This document shows, in pieces, positions 1 to 13,159 of a stretch of DNA of 64,000 nucleotides. The stretch covers positions 13,636,587 to 13,700,586 of the forward strand of contig CM120648.1 of NCBI GenBank assembly GCA_051362555.1, given 5' to 3'. Under the pieces are notes generated by a model. That model saw nothing but the letters and a program-made list of their open reading frames with translations, was not told the origin of the DNA and did not search any database. The translations under genes were made by a program, and so were the position numbers. Within the stretch, counting starts at the first letter, position 1, and every line of letters starts with the position of its first letter. Source of the stretch: Lingula anatina. Lineage: Eukaryota > Animalia > Brachiopoda.

Positions 1-661
1 CTGTTTTTCTTTTTATCAAGAGCTTGTAAAATATGTGGGTATTACCTCCAATATTTCTGTGACTGTCAGTCACCATCATCAGGGAGTAAATGACTAGGGT
101 CATAATTTGAATTTATACATACAGAGCTAATGAAACTGTTCTCTCACACCAATTTCAACTTTGAATGGTAGTTGTGAAATATATCACGTCCAATCTTCAA
201 CCACAATGATTTATCTTGAGCGACAATTTTCAAAATGCATAGAACATACAACACATTTAGCCATGGATAGTTGTATTTAAGCTTGATTTACACCTCGAAA
301 TGCGAAGTCGTTATGAAAATTGCTTTTTTATGTAGAGCCAAAATGTAATGTTTAGGTTTTTGTATACATCTGTGTGGTGCAATCGCTTGTATTTGTTATA
401 AGAAGTGTACATAAAAGTTGTAATAGATGGAGTTTCGAAATGTGAAAAATTTCACATGTTCATTCCTGACTTTCTTTTCTTCATCTCGACTCGAACCTTA
501 GGTTATCCACTCAGCCAATCGTCATTTTCTCTTTTTTGATCTGTCGCCTTGCCTATTGAGCCACTCCCTCAACTTGCTTTTCGTCATTGTCACGATCCTC
601 TTGTAGTTGTTCAAATTGTTGGTTTGGGTTTATTTTTGAAAAAGGTTATTTGCTGGGACCT

Positions 662-735
662 AGAAGCGCCAGGAATCGAACTGGGGAACTTCTGTCTCAG
701 AGGCAAGCGCGTTACCTACTTCTCTAAGTGTTCCC
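662..735 (-). pseudogene. tRNA-like sequence (pseudo-tRNA or SINE-head-like)
   Basis: Minus strand reads ggaacac-ttagagaagtaggtaacgcgc-ttgcctctgagacag-aagttc-cccagttcgattcctgg-cgcttc. It has an A-box-like segment, B box GTTCGATTCC and tRNA length, with imperfect stems. Confidence 0.65.
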
Positions 736-812
736 ACCCACCCTCCCCGGGTAGACTTTCTTCTTATAGTAACCAAAGGAAAATTTTAATAGCAACCCTT
801 TGTAATTCCAAA

Positions 813-868
813 GTGCCCGAGCCAGGAATCGAACCCCAAACCCAGGCTACCACTAAGCCATGTGGTCG
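813..868 (-). promoter_or_regulatory. Truncated tRNA-like module (A box + B box, anticodon arm missing)
   Basis: Minus strand tggcttagtgg ... ggttcgattcctggctcgggcac. Confidence 0.55.
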
Positions 869-3594
869 TCAGTAAAAACACTAACACATTTTGTATATTC
901 AATAAGTGTTTTATTAAGAGCAAAACAAATTGCTATTTATTCGATTATTTATAAGACATGTATCTTTAAAACATCATTGTCTTGGGGTTTTTTTTATTAC
1001 TGCAAGTTTAAAAGGGTTAGAGTATCTGAAAGAATATGATTGATGTCTGCATTTAAACTCACTTACAGGTGTAACAGACCTAACATTTTTATCTATACGA
1101 TTTGACAAATAAACTATCTACCGCACTAATTGTCTTATGTTTTATTTTAATGACACAAACAAAATATTTCAACTGAAAAAACATTGGTGGATCTAGTCTC
1201 CCCCCTTCCCCCTCCCCCGAGGAGAGCGACCCTTTCTGGACTCACGTGATCAAGTCCTCCAAATACTCTATCTCGTCCCAAAGGTCAACATATGACCCCA
1301 TTCAAATGTCCTTGATCCACCAGTGTTTTTTTTTCTATATAACAAAAAAATTAGATATTTATAAAATGCTCTGTATAAAATTGAACGCCTTTTATTTAGT
1401 CGGACGCGTATCGTTGAGAAGAAAAAAATGAACACACTTTCGTTATGTTTGGCAAAAAACGTTTCAAAAGCCCAGCTATTAACAAAATTGAAAGAATAAT
1501 CAACAATAGATTGTAAAGGGAAAAATATCCCTTATATAGAAAACTATATAGAAAACAAACCACATATTCATCTATGAAATCTGGATTAAAATCCAAGGAA
1601 GAGATCTCGATGTTTCTTACATTTCCTATTTCCATTTTCATTGTAAGAACTACATTCAGAGATAAATACTAAAACAAGAAAGAAGTTTCTTTTCCATCCT
1701 GTGAATAGTATTTACATGCATCAAAACAGCTTTTTAAGGAGGGAATTTTCGCAAATGGAAATCGAAATTTGTAAATTCTACATACTTCACTAGTAAAACA
1801 AAATAATCGAAATTGATTCGTAAAATTACATCTCTTACTCAACAAGACAGCAAAAACTCAAATTGTAAAACACGATATGCCTTTTTTCTCATCTGAACAT
1901 TAAAAGAAAGACACGCAATGAGCGTCAGTCTAGATTTCAGTCCAATTGTAGAATGAGACTGAAGAATATAGTCACGCCGGTAAAAAACAGAAATTAAGAA
2001 TTCGACACTGTAGAACTTATCAACGTTTTTGATAATATGTCCTTTGGTGATTTAGGTGAAATTGCTTATTTATACCACAGAAAAATATTTGGCTTTAATC
2101 CGACATAAAATTGATTTTTTGCGCTCTTAATTCGCAATCTTAACTAGGAAGTCACGACTTGCTGTCTTGCTGAAGAATACAGCCAATAGTACCATTTCAC
2201 AAATGTCAAAGCGACAAACATATGACTACGATAGTATAGAACATATTTCAATGCATAGGGGCGGGTTATCAAAATAAAGCAAATAATTTTGTAACTAATG
2301 ACCATGAATTCTGATATATTATCAATTTTAAATATACTACATTTAATTCGCAAGAGACTTCAAATTCGAGATGTAATATGATATAAAACACGCAAAAGAC
2401 ACCTTTAGACAGCCTTTTCAAATCTGTTCCAAACAGCATTTCGGGCTATCAGCTCTCTCCCTCTGTATTGAAGGGTTCATCTTATAATCAATACAACTTC
2501 AATTTACCTCACACATTGAAATGAAATGAAATATTAAATCTTGGTTTATGAAATCTTGCCAATATTCAAAATGGAAATATATTATTATACCCCCTTAATA
2601 ATTGAATTATGTTCTTTACTCCGGATATGGACCTTGTTACTCTACCTAGATCATATTCTTTAATCCCACTAATAACTGCTGACTTAATATCAACATGTCA
2701 ATGGCCAGACTCTCACAATACATTTCACAACATTTTCCTCTCCTTGGCCATTTCTCACGGTAAACTTCGACTGCCACTACTATTTTTACCGATGAAGTTC
2801 AAAATATTGAGCATGAAGTGCAAAAGCATTTTTCTTTGTTTTTATGAGACGCGATGAGATGAAGTGAAGGAGGAAATAAATGGTACGTGGGGAAAATGTT
2901 GGGAAATTATCAAAACCACTTTTAAGCAAACAGGCGTCAAAATACTTCTCAAAAATAATTCACAAGTAACTTATAGCCCAAAACCTAACATTGATTTCTT
3001 AAAACGTTACATTGATTTGAGTGAAATTACGATATTCGTATACTTAATATCCAAGCCGCCTTCGGTCCACTTCCTGCTCACTCAGCACTGAGGAAGTGAT
3101 GTCTCCTTCCAGGCTGTCCATCCCATTACATCCATGGTAGGGGAGGTGGCAGGCTGAAGTGGTCGTCTTTCCTTTTCAACTCTCACCAATCTTTTACGGA
3201 TGGAACTTCATTTGTACTTTGCAACACTTTTAAAAAATACATTGGACGAGTTTGTGTTCAGTATATTTCAAGATATGCCAGAAGAAAATTAACCTCAGAT
3301 CCTTGTCAACCCCAAATTGAAACGACATTATGTAGGTCACTGGCAATGTGGTTCACTGATTTTAATATCTGAACAGTTTTTGCTATGTTTGACCAACGAT
3401 AGCGCCATCTGGAGGTAAACAGAAATGCTGCAATCGGAAACTCGATATTTTCTTTGAGATTTATAATTTTATGAACATAAAATAACCAGCGAATTATTTA
3501 TGAATATTCAATGCTTTAATAGTTTAGCTATACAACAAAATATATTTTGATGCTAGCAATTTTCTCATCTTTGTTCATATTCTTTCTTGAATGC

Positions 3595-3625
<31 letters not shown>

Positions 3626-3642
3626 CGCGCACTCGCGCGCAC
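3595..3642. repeat. (TG)n/(CG)n microsatellite
   Basis: Direct reading. Confidence 0.95.
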
Positions 3643-6452
3643 GTTCTCTATTTTTAGCAAATGTACCAATCCAATTGCGATTTGGTACCATACGATTAAT
3701 GATTTATTATAAATAAAGTGATAGACAAATATGAGAAAAACAGTAAAGTTATAGGCTATCTTCAAACTATAAGAACTGTTCATGTACAGCTGTCACTCTT
3801 ATTGAAGCTCAAAACCACACCAAGATTGAGGCCAACGTTTGATAAAACAACATTTTCCAATATCTCTAATATGAAATACGCATCTTGATATTAAAGCAAT
3901 AATCACATCTATTGTAAAACAGTTGCACTGGCTCCCTGATAGAGCACGCATTTTATTAAAAAATCTAACTTTTAAGCATGCAGTTTTTTTTAAATTAACA
4001 CTCAGATTAACACTCAGATAATAACTAAAGCTGTTGAAGAGAGCCACGGTCCTCAGAAGTATAAATTTGAGCGGGAGAATTCAAAGGAACTCTTTATATA
4101 CGTATTTTAAAATATGTATATTATCACTAGCTGGTGAAACACACTACATGTAGTGCGATCTATTTTATCACAGGTGGGGTGAAAATAACTTGGCTTAAGC
4201 TTTGTTCATTGGAGAAAAATGATGAACTTCTGAGAGCTGTTTAAAGAAAGAGATTAAAATCCATTTTTCAGCTCACTTTATCTACACCTGAATGAAATTG
4301 ACAGTTATATAAACACACGTCAATCATTACGCTGATAAGTTAATATAGGTCTAACACAGTGAATACATCAAAAGACAACGCGATATCTCCAGAGGTATTG
4401 ATGAATGGAAAAAATTTTTTTCTTTTTTTAATTTACACATGTTAATTCGCCGCCAGGTTTTATTCGACTGCTGGGATTATGTGATGGGAGGTTGCAGTTG
4501 CAATTGCCAATACTTCCATGTACCAGTTAATAACCAGTTATTATGCACGAATGGTAACAATTTAGTATACCTCGCCAATATCCTCCAGTTATTTCAACCG
4601 TTCACTGCTCTTCCATACACACGTCTTCAACACATATCATATATCACATGATTATTCGACATACAACACTCACATGACATTATAAAATTTATAATATATA
4701 CATTATAAAAGAAACGAAATTTAAAGCGATTGTATTTTATTTCCCCGGGAAATGATATTTTAGCATAGGGGGCTTGGTCCATACGTAAAAACAACTTTTC
4801 ATATACGCGGTAATATTCTGGTGTCTGTCCTGTCTCAATATGGTTGTGACTTCTACCACAGAATTAACGGAAATGTGCTAGATGTGACAAGCCGTTGACC
4901 GCTGTAAATATGTACGTAGAGTAGGCCGTAAAATCAACTTTTTTTCAAATGAAAGTCAAAGAAATCACGTTGTAGCTTAATACCACAATCTAACGTTAAA
5001 TAAATACTCTCTCGAGCGCGCGTACGCATTCGCATGCAAAAGCAACAAAGTCACAGTCAGACTACACCTATTCCTCTGCACCTACAGTAACTGTCATTTT
5101 TCTTTGTATCCTCTAATATCAAAATACAACTTTGCAGCTATTACAGAAAGAGAGAAAGAGACGCTATTTCTACATTAAACTTGAACTGTAAATGTGCATG
5201 AAGCTTAAACTTTTCCTGTGAAAAATGTAATTTTTATGTATTATCTGTGTCGAAGATATATTGTTTAAGGCTTTATTTGCCTTTCATATCGTAATTTTTC
5301 TACTGGTTATAACAAAATAACAAAGATGAAGATGAATGTTCAGTGTCTCAATAATATACAAAAAAAAAATCATGAATTATTCGATTTCACGAAAACGAGA
5401 TCTGGAGCACAGAGAGAAAGCCGTCTCCAAGACATACCCCCACCCACTCCATAATACCGTGTTTTCAGAATCATAAACAGACTATGCCAAGAGTTCAGAA
5501 CTGACGGTCAAAATCTGGTTTTTAAATCTAATTCCTTTCATGCAGAAAACCCAATTATAACCATTGTTTTGAATAAATAGAATTAAATAGTAATAAAAAG
5601 TACTGAGTGAAACTATTTCTGGCAATCAAGTTAACATTCGTACCTGCTACGTCAGTCTTTGAATCAAAATGGATGTAAATAGTTTATACGTTTTTAATTA
5701 TGGTCATTTAAATTGCATCAGTACTTGAAATGCACGTAAGCTTACACAAAAGGAGATCTAATCACAGAAGTTCAGTAACAGAAACACCCTTCCTCGTCTT
5801 AATACATGTATGTACACATTAGTTGGACCAAAGAGGGCAGTCCTGGGAAAGTTCCGTGCGTTTAAATCTCAAACAAAATTTAATTTTGAAGAAATTTAAT
5901 TTTGTTTTAATAAACGCACATTATATATGTTCATTATGTAGAAAACTTATATATTTACTGCTCTCTCTGTGTCACACATCACACAAATCTATGAGTTGCA
6001 GAAGATATAGGTATATCTAATTATGTCAATACCTTACGGAGGTGTAGATTGCCACTTTAAATGAAATTGGTGTCGGTAACTCATTCAAAATATACAACAT
6101 ACCAGTATCACTTAAACTTGCACAAAAGTTTGAAAGCATCACGGAAGGATTATTGGGGAGGGGGGGGGGGGGCAGGGCCATCCGGGCAAACTTACGTCTT
6201 AGAAGCACGCGAGCTTCATTGGAATAATGCTCGCCTGCCACGCGGGCAGTCCGTGTTTGATACCCAACTGATGCAAAATCTGTTAAACCGACAACTCTTT
6301 GGAAAAAAATGATGTGTATTAATCCTGTCTTTAGAAACGTATTCTTTGCACAAGGGAGTTTCCTGGGTAGAATACTTAATGGTACGGCAGCTATGGAGAT
6401 GTTTCTAAATGAATTACTGGGTGGCAGGCTTTGTCAACGATATATGCTTCTA

Positions 6453-6749
6453 CAGTGGCGGATTTGGGGGGGGGGGGGGGGTCCTGATCCCCCCTCCTTC
6501 GATTTCTGAAAAAAAAGATAACACCAATTGTCCCCTCTTGGAATTAGAATTTCGACCAGCTGAATTATAGTTCTAAACCGTACCAATTCGCACTCTAAAA
6601 TAGCAAAATATTTCGGGGCCCTTCAGTGGGCTCCGAACCCCATGGCAATGAGGGTGGAGGGGAGGGGGGTAGAGGCTTAGCTTCGCATCCGCGGCCTGTC
6701 AATCCCAGAACTGGAGCCCCCCTTTAATTCATCCTGGATCCGCCCCCCG
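6453..6749. mobile_element. Non-autonomous DNA transposon (hAT-like MITE)
   Basis: Imperfect TIRs cagtggcggatt / gatccgccccccg. GC-rich insert flanked by cttcta / ctttta (possible 6-bp TSD, one mismatch). Confidence 0.55.
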
Positions 6750-7209
6750 CTTTTATAACCATTCTTTAATAGCTACAAGAAACTTTTGTTGTTTGTTCTA
6801 AAAATGCTTGTAAAAAAGAAGAACCAAACACAGAACACAGATTTCTTTCAGATTGTTTTACTTCAAGTGTACTGTAGTATAGTTGCTCTCAAAAATTGCA
6901 CATAGTTGGTGCCAAAAATAAATTAAGCTTATAATTAGTAGTTAGCTTGTTGCCCACCCTAAATGCATGGCTCAGTTTTTCGGGCCCACTCCTAGCCTTG
7001 TACATGTAGTAGACAAAAAATATGACCCACCTCTACTGTTTCCCCCCTCCCCCTTACTGTTTCCGCCCCCGCCCCCCACCCCGCGTACACTGTAGGCCTA
7101 CTTATCAGTCCTTCAATAAAGATATATAGCAATTACTTTTTATAAGCATCTCAATAATAGAAATCGTTAACTCATAAAAAGGAAAATGGATGCAGAATAT
7201 ATATATATA

Positions 7210-7374
7210 CAGGCCCGTAGCCAGCAAATTCAAAAAGGGGGTTCTTTTTCTGAAAAAGTAGACCTTTTATAATGAAACCTTTGTGTACCTAGATCAAATT
7301 GTACCCAGAATGGACCTTTTTCTGACAAAAAGGCGGTTCTTTCGAGGCCCCGAACCCCCCTGGCTACGGGCTTG
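7210..7374 (+). mobile_element. MITE of the CAGGCCCGTAGCC family (5-bp TSD, hAT5-like)
   Basis: TIRs caggcccgtagcc / ggctacgggcttg, TSD atata. Homologous to 16702-16869 and 46575-46741. Confidence 0.85.
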
Positions 7375-8746
7375 ATATATAAATAACAGTGTGTAGAGGG
7401 CACACGTTGTCTGCCCACTGGCTAGGACATACATGTAGAACACATTGGAGTAGAGGGAGAGGGGAGTACTCTCAGGACCTTCTGGCTGTTACTAAATTCA
7501 TCCCAGGAACGAGTCGAGCATTGGTTGGTGTTAAATAAGAAAAAAAAGGAAAATTGAATTTGGTAGCTTCAATTTTTTTTTATTGATAAAGATATTATCG
7601 AATGATTTAGTATCGAAATAAAGATTAATTAAGATCGCCACCTTTGGAATCTCTGGTTTGAGCATCACTTCCTTTCAGCTATATTACTAAAGACAATCTA
7701 ATTTGCATATAAGAGAAAAATGCAGTTTTTTATTTGTTTTGGGTTCTTTACACATTTTTTCATCATTTTCAAATATAAATAGTCCTTTTTTACTCATACA
7801 CTTATAAATATTTTATCAAAATTTATTAGTTAAGCAATCATAAATAACTATTATATCCCAAGTGTATATGACGTAATCTCTCCCAGGTCATAAAAGTGGT
7901 AAAATAGCGATGATTGCCGCCCTGGTGAAGTAGGTCAATTGCCTGTGTAATTCTCCCATACGATTATCGATTTTTTCTAGTGTGGAACATTTTAGGGGAG
8001 AAGCCGTCGAGAAAAAGTTATCAAGTTACCAAAAAATATTTGACGTAGATGGAATTAATGAAAGCAAGGTATATTGCAAAGTTAAAAAAAGTGAACCCCA
8101 ATAATTTTATTTTACAGTGTAGAACTTTGCAAATATTGTGAGACCTTTCTATTTCATCTGCCTCTCCCTAAAATGGCGCTGACCGCGTTAACTCTTCAGC
8201 TCCCGGGAAACGCGGAGAATCCAGCGCGTTGTGGCAGCATGAGAACGATACGTAGACATACGTAGACATAAGAAAGGGTTAAATCCCCCCCCCCCCCCCC
8301 CCAGTCTCACACACACATTTTCAAACCAGCGAGGAGAGTATGTTGTGGACTAACATTGTAAACTTCCCCTCAGCTCCAGGGCGTAAATAAAGAAGAAAAG
8401 CTATGTGCTTGCAGCACTATTTTTACACGGCAACCAAAGGCACTAATTGAGAACAATGAGGGGGTCACTCGTAGTGGACAGTGGTCAAAAAGTTTCGAAG
8501 ATAGCACTAGGGACACTGAGGTAAACTGACCATTAGTGATAGGGTCATCAGTTGACCACAATACAGAGGTCACTGTCAGTGTCATATTTGCATTTTCATA
8601 GATTTTGTAGCAGTGCTAAGTTTGTATATGATAACTTAGTAATTACCTGTGCATATAAAAACCAGTGAGAGCAGAGGGATATGTAAGCCTTTTTTAACCA
8701 CTAAATTTTCCATGTTTTGACATTTGATTCGTTCAAGTATATATTG

Positions 8747-8749
<3 letters not shown>

Positions 8750-8800
<51 letters not shown>
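8750..8800. repeat. (TTA)n microsatellite
   Basis: Direct reading. It explains the poly-Tyr ORF 8717-8914. Confidence 0.95.
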
Positions 8801-8802
<2 letters not shown>

Positions 8803-9245
8803 GATGATGCTAGAATTTCATTTGTTGACTACAGCTCAGCATTCCTTATGGTTAACTGATACAGAATGTTGTCAGTGTTATTTGGACTGTTGTGTTCAGT
8901 TGATAACAACTTGAAATATTGAAATTACACTCTTTGAACCGGGAGAGAAGAGGGATTGTAGAAATGCACCAGGTCTGAATTACAACAATTTAAACATTTT
9001 ACAGTTTATAGTGGAAGACAGACAAATGGAGTAAAATGTGAATAATGATTTTTTTGCAAATTTATTACTTGACATGCAATTGACATATTTAGTAATGAAG
9101 ATTAAGAACTAATTTGACATTTGTAGAAACAAAAAAACTGGATTTCGGTAAAGGTTGTGATCCATTTCTTAATAATTAGTTAGTAAATAAAATAAATTTG
9201 TTTGTCAGGTCATTTTGCAAAAATGTACGTAAGGATTTTGAGAGG

Positions 9246-9268
9246 GTGTGTGTATGTGTGTGTGTGTG

Positions 9269-9301
<33 letters not shown>

Positions 9302-9360
9302 GAAGAGAGAGAAACAGAGCCAGAGAGAGAGAAGAGAGAGAAACAGAGCCAGAGAGAGAG
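9246..9360. repeat. Compound (GT)n(GA)n microsatellite
   Basis: Direct reading. Confidence 0.93.
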
Positions 9361-9666
9361 TACAGCAGTACGGCAGATCAGTTAGTACTCGGATCATCCG
9401 TTCTGAATGGCCCCTATTACTCCAAACAGATGTATATATATATCTCTTTTATTAGTCAAACAGTAACTACTGGTATGGGTATTAAGCTGGCATTGCAGAA
9501 GTCTGCACTTTCTGACTGCTTTTCTAGTTTAAAATATTATTATACCAGATGACTAAAGTCAAAGCAGTATGATGATGGAATCATGATTAAAAGTTGCTTT
9601 TAACTATCATAACCCAATTCCCTTTTAATTGTTGCCTCCAATGAACACAATTTTGTTCTTCTCTAT

Positions 9667-9881
9667 GACCCCATTCCCAGAGATTAGATCAATCCAAACT
9701 AGACCGACCTAGCTCCCTGGGGGTTCATGCTAAATAGCTGTCAGCCGAGCAGGCACGAAAGTTAATTACCCCTTTACAGCTTGTAGTAGGCGGGACGGAC
9801 ATTTAAGCCAGATTATCTGACAGTAATCTAGTGAGACTCCCCACGGGGATAGATCGATCTAAAATCTATGGGAATATGCCC
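9667..9881 (-). mobile_element. PIF/Harbinger-like MITE (~215 bp), inverted relative to the 18746 and 30989 copies
   Basis: TIRs gaccccattcccagagattagatc / gatctaaaatctatgggaatatgccc. Reverse-complement match to 18746-18959. Confidence 0.82.
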
Positions 9882-10168
9882 AATGAAACCATTTGGATGA
9901 ATAACACTTGAATGCTTTAAGTGCCACAACAATTGGGATAAAATATACTCTTAACCATATGATATCTTTCAGCACTGATTTGAAAATATTAAAGAGAAAG
10001 TACAGCAATAGATTCTAAGTCTAGATGATTCTTAACTGCAAAAAAGTGTCTAATGCGGTTTATGTAACTTGTTTTGCAAAACTATAACATCGGAAAAGTC
10101 AAAGATAATAACTGAAGCCAATTGAGAAAAGTACAACATTCGGCACCACAGGTTATGCTGAAAGTTAA

Positions 10169-11107
10169 AAGCATATTCAGAACAGCAGACTAACAGATCT
10201 ACAGAGTGTATTCAGAACAGCAGACTAACAGATCTACAGAGTGTATTCAGAACAGCAAGGTAACAGATCTACAGAGTGTATTCAGAACAGCAAACTAACA
10301 GATCTACAGAGTGTATTCAGAACAGCAAACTAACAGATCTACAGAGTGTATTCAGAACAGCAGACTAACAGATCTACAGAGTGTATTCAGAACAGCAGAC
10401 TAACAGATCTACAGAGTGTATTCAGAACAGCAGACTAACAGATCTACAGAGTGTATTCAGAACAGTGCACTAACAGATCTACAGAGTGTATTCAGAACAG
10501 CAGACTAACAGATCTACAGAGTGTATTCAGAACAGTGCACTAACAGATCTACAGAGTGTATTCAGAACAGCAGACTAACAGATCTACAGAGTGTATTCAG
10601 AACAGTGCACTAACAGATCTACAGAGTGTATTCAGAACAGCAGACTAACAGATCTACAGAGTGTATTCAGAACAGTGCACTAACAGATCTACAGAGTGTA
10701 TTCAGAACAGCAGACTAACAGATCTACAGAGTGTATTCAGAACAGCAGACTAACAGATCTACAGAGTGTATTCAGAACAGCAGACTAACAGATCTACAGA
10801 GTGTATTCAGAACAGCAGACTAACAGATCTACAGAGTGTATTCAGAACAGCAGACTAACAGATCTACAGAGTGTATTCAGAACAGTGCACTAACAGATCT
10901 ACAGAGTGTATTCAGAACAGCAGACTAACAGATCTACAGAGTGTATTCAGAACAGCAGACTAACAGATCTGCGGATCAAATATGGCTGACCCACTTTCAA
11001 GAATGCTTGTTGCATAATCCCTGCAGGGAATCTATTCAGTGTAAGCGTCTTTGTGGGTTGCCATATTTGATATGCGGACCTGTTAGTAAGCTGTTCTGAA
11101 TGTGCCC
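10169..11107. mobile_element. PIF/Harbinger-like MITE whose left TIR is tandemly amplified
   Basis: The right end (11061-11107) reverse-complements to gggcacattcagaacagcttactaacaggtccgcatatcaaatatgg. This matches the last array unit plus 'gcggatcaaatatgg' at ~10940-10985. Confidence 0.75.
10174..10970. repeat. 35-bp minisatellite, ~23 copies
   Basis: Unit tattcagaacagcagactaacagatctacagagtg, with cagac/tgcac/caaac variants. Confidence 0.97.
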
Positions 11108-11133
11108 AAATACAGCAAGCAGGGAGTAGTTAA

Positions 11134-11471
11134 AGGGATAATAACTCTTCGTTTCGGCAAAAATAATGGATTTTCCTGGAGTAAACAACAATTTTCCCAT
11201 ACTTACCAATGGTTAATGAATCCATTTTTATATTCAAAGTTAGTCCCTGGTTTTTTTCAAAAAAGTTTGGTTTTTTGTTAAAATCTCTTAAGAGATTTTA
11301 ACAGAGTATAGCCATCAATGGAGGTCACGTGGTCTAAAGACAAGCTCAGATATCAGAATAATAGCTATAACTGCCGTTTTTGTGGTAAAACAGAATTTAT
11401 TATATTTCTACGAGTTATTCACAATGTTTTTATTGTGAAATATAGATCTCATATGAAGAGTTATTATCCCT
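11134..11471. mobile_element. Kolobok-like MITE (TTAA TSD)
   Basis: Perfect 17-bp TIR agggataataactcttc / gaagagttattatccct, flanked by TTAA on both sides. Related partial copies start at ~12600 and ~18295. Confidence 0.8.
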
Positions 11472-11793
11472 TTAATCCTACTTACATCAGGACCATACAA
11501 TGCGGGGCTGGGGGGGGGGAAGGAAGTGTCTCTTCCCTTTTTAAAACACGGTTTGTTTTGAGGCTTAATGGTGTATTTAACTACCAATAACTGTACAGTG
11601 ACAAAAGGTATGTTATTCCACTTAAATAACTGAAATGAAAATTCTCTTGCAAATTACGATGTCTATAACTTTTGCTGTATCTACTTTCATTGCTCATATT
11701 ATTTGGTAACATTTGAGAATAAGTTTACTTCAGGGATGAGATGTGCCCAAGAAGATATATGTTACGTTCACACCTGGAAAGCAGAAGCTAGCT

Positions 11794-11996
11794 TGGGTTT
11801 TTATTTCATGTTCTCCTCCATTGTATCACACTTAGCTTTTCTACTATGATCTGATACTGCAGTGGGTTTTTATTTCATGTTCTCCTCCATTGTATCACAC
11901 TTAGTTTTTCTACTATGATCTGATACTGCAGTGGATTTTTATTTCATGTTCTCCTCCATTGTATCACACTTAGTTTTTCTACTATGATCTGATACT
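11794..11996. repeat. 69-bp tandem repeat x3
   Basis: Units start near 11795, 11864 and 11933 (gggtttttatttcatgttctcctccattgtatcacac...). Confidence 0.95.
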
Positions 11997-12079
11997 TCAC
12001 TGCAGTCTACTTACTTTACAGTCTACCAAAGTACAGCATTTGATACAATAGAAATCCTGAGGCAAGATGGAGATGCATC

Positions 12080-12220
12080 CCTTGTCTCCACTTTTTGATT
12101 CAAATAAAACAACACATTTGATTGATTCTGTGAATACATTCATTTTGATTCTCCAGACTTTGTCTGCAGTGAAAATGTGTGGATATTATTCTGAGCAAAG
12201 TCTGGCAGTTAAATTACTAT
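12080..12220. repeat. Dispersed ~140-bp repeat (inverted copy at 35652-35788)
   Basis: 'gattctgtgaatacattcattttgattctccagactttg' is the reverse complement of the sequence at ~35706-35744. Confidence 0.85.
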
Positions 12221-12689
12221 AGACACAATAATAAAAAAACAATTGGAAATTATATAAAATTTAATAATTATATAATATATCACTATGTCACTATTGACAC
12301 CCCAGGGTTGCCAAGTCAGTAATGTTTATGACTAGTGTATTCATTTTTAAAGTACTTGTAACTCTTTTTAAGGACTTTTTAAAATTAAAATTCCAATTAT
12401 GCCATAATTTTCATAGTTTTGGTAATTGAGTTGCATGCCCTTATAAATGAAAGTGAAATACTGGTATATATCAGTTAAATTATCTTTATTTTTTGCAGTT
12501 ATGTCTGTTAAAATGGCTGATGTGGAAGGTGATGGCTTCCAACTGGACAATGATATATGTGGATAACCTGAGTAAATGGTAAGTGTTCTCAAGTTTTACT
12601 AAAGGGAGAAGAATTGTTCATTCTGGCCATAAAGGAATTTTCCTGGGGTAAACAACGGATTTCTATACTCACCATTGGTTAATGTATCT

Positions 12690-13140
12690 GTTTCGTTTGG
12701 ATTGTTCATTATAAAGTGGAATTTATCTTTGTTGTTTAAATGTGCAAAGCATTTGTGGCTGCTTTGTATTATTTTAAAGAGTTCTTTTCTGTGTTCTGTA
12801 TACAGAGGGCAGGTAATTAAGAAGTGCTCTTCATCCTCTATAACTCCAGAGTGGCAGATTTGGCATTTTCTGTCTTCGACTGGTGTTGGTTTACCCTTGA
12901 CGTGGCGACCTGTTTCTATGTGCAAATTGTGGCTACTGATTCTGAATTTGGTTAGGGTTTGACGTTTTTCTTTATCTTGTATTATATCAAGATATTTTTC
13001 TTTCTCAAAATGAAGTTTGAAAGTTTTATACCTTCTCAATTTGAGATTTTCTTGTGATATCCTACTATGCCAAAGTTGTATACTACTGTCTCTAAGTCTA
13101 ACACTAAAGATTTTCATGAAGTTTTTGTCTACTTTCTGTT
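12690..13140 (-). mobile_element. Non-LTR retrotransposon (LINE) ORF2 C-terminal fragment
   Basis: ORF 12599-13117 contains LTKFRISSHNLHIETGRH...CQICHSGVIEDEEHFLITCPLY, a typical LINE C-terminal Cys/His motif. Clade not determined. The ORF runs out into a Kolobok-like fragment. Confidence 0.85.
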
Positions 13141-13159
13141 TGACCCATACTAATAATTA

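Larger units (their letters stand above)
167..3990. repeat. Duplicated block A, copy 1 (paralog of ~27160-31520)
   Basis: Colinear similarity over several kb, e.g. 'atcttgagcgacaattttcaaaatgcatagaac' at ~213 and ~27301. ORFs 549-875/27529-27906 and 2864-3091/30088-30273 are paralogous pairs. Confidence 0.92.

Noticed and set aside
662-735. Functional tRNA-Gln(CTG)
   Set aside because: There are several mismatches in the acceptor, anticodon and T stems in both copies, so it is called tRNA-like only.
8717-9455. Poly-Tyr and ER/SL-repeat ORFs
   Set aside because: They are translations of microsatellites.
10174-10970. CRISPR array (35-bp repeat)
   Set aside because: It is a pure tandem array without spacers and derives from a MITE TIR.
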